DNA of 64,000 nt from Cirrosporium novae-zelandiae. Taxonomy: Eukaryota. This document shows, in pieces, positions 63,813 to 64,000 of this stretch. The stretch's first letter is position 1. Each line of letters opens with the position of its first letter. The notes below the pieces were generated by a model that was not told the origin of the DNA, made no database searches, and saw nothing but the letters and a program-made list of their open reading frames with translations. The stretch is taken from assembly GCA_026023565.1 (NCBI GenBank), contig JAPETS010000010.1, positions 620,001 through 684,000 on the forward strand. The letters are read 5' to 3'. Position numbers and translations under genes: made by a program.

Positions 63813-64000
63813 ATGGACTTTTTACTCGAAGTTCAAGGCTTCATATACATATATAGGCGCTCCGACCATAACCTCCCTTCAGATTCTGAGGAAGGTGATA
63901 TTGTTGCCGAAACGGGTGTTAGCAATGATGACGTTTTCATGACAGGTGCCCTCCAGGCTGATCTACCAATGACCCCCGTCGGCGGCGCCAATGCTCCTCC
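63813..64000 (+). CDS. Open frame running off the window end, unknown product
   Basis: MDFLLEVQG..DSEEGDIVAETGVSNDDVFMTGALQADLPMTPVGGANAP, no stop before the window edge; no recognisable motif. Confidence 0.25.
   Translation, partial: MDFLLEVQGFIYIYRRSDHNLPSDSEEGDIVAETGVSNDDVFMTGALQADLPMTPVGGANAP

Noticed and set aside
1..64000. CRISPR array, intact transposon, Starship captain or telomeric repeat
   Set aside because: No repeat-spacer array, transposase/RT/tyrosine-recombinase motif or TTAGGG array was seen

Overview
A 64-kb window of a filamentous ascomycete (Pezizomycotina) chromosome with short GT-AG introns and about 21 protein-coding genes plus one intron-containing tRNA-Pro(UGG). Housekeeping genes: probable Mph1 5' end, calnexin, MMSDH, Mde1, Cdh1/Fzr, aspartyl aminopeptidase, Pho13-like phosphatase, peroxisomal SDR, Zn-ADH and a BTB protein. 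Carbohydrate and secreted genes: GPI Ser/Thr protein, GH105 with a divergent ACS-family MFS transporter, laccase, GH18 chitinase, HSL-type esterase and a 3xPAN/Apple+WSC protein. Three decayed accessory genes are present: an unnamed conserved fungal family, a HET-domain gene and a helical-N-terminus/ankyrin gene. Best leads: (1) a cytosolic GH105 plus anion-transporter pair sharing a promoter with GaaR- and CreA-like sites, a candidate import-then-cleave pectin module; (2) a co-decayed HET plus unknown-family gene pair; (3) an NBD-less ankyrin gene with an uncharacterised Cys-rich C-terminus; (4) a permuted diverged inverted repeat and a diverged direct repeat in intergenic DNA; (5) alternating C-rich/G-rich blocks that cut across coding and non-coding DNA. 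All family calls come from motif recognition by eye. No database searches were run, and the splice models are manual.
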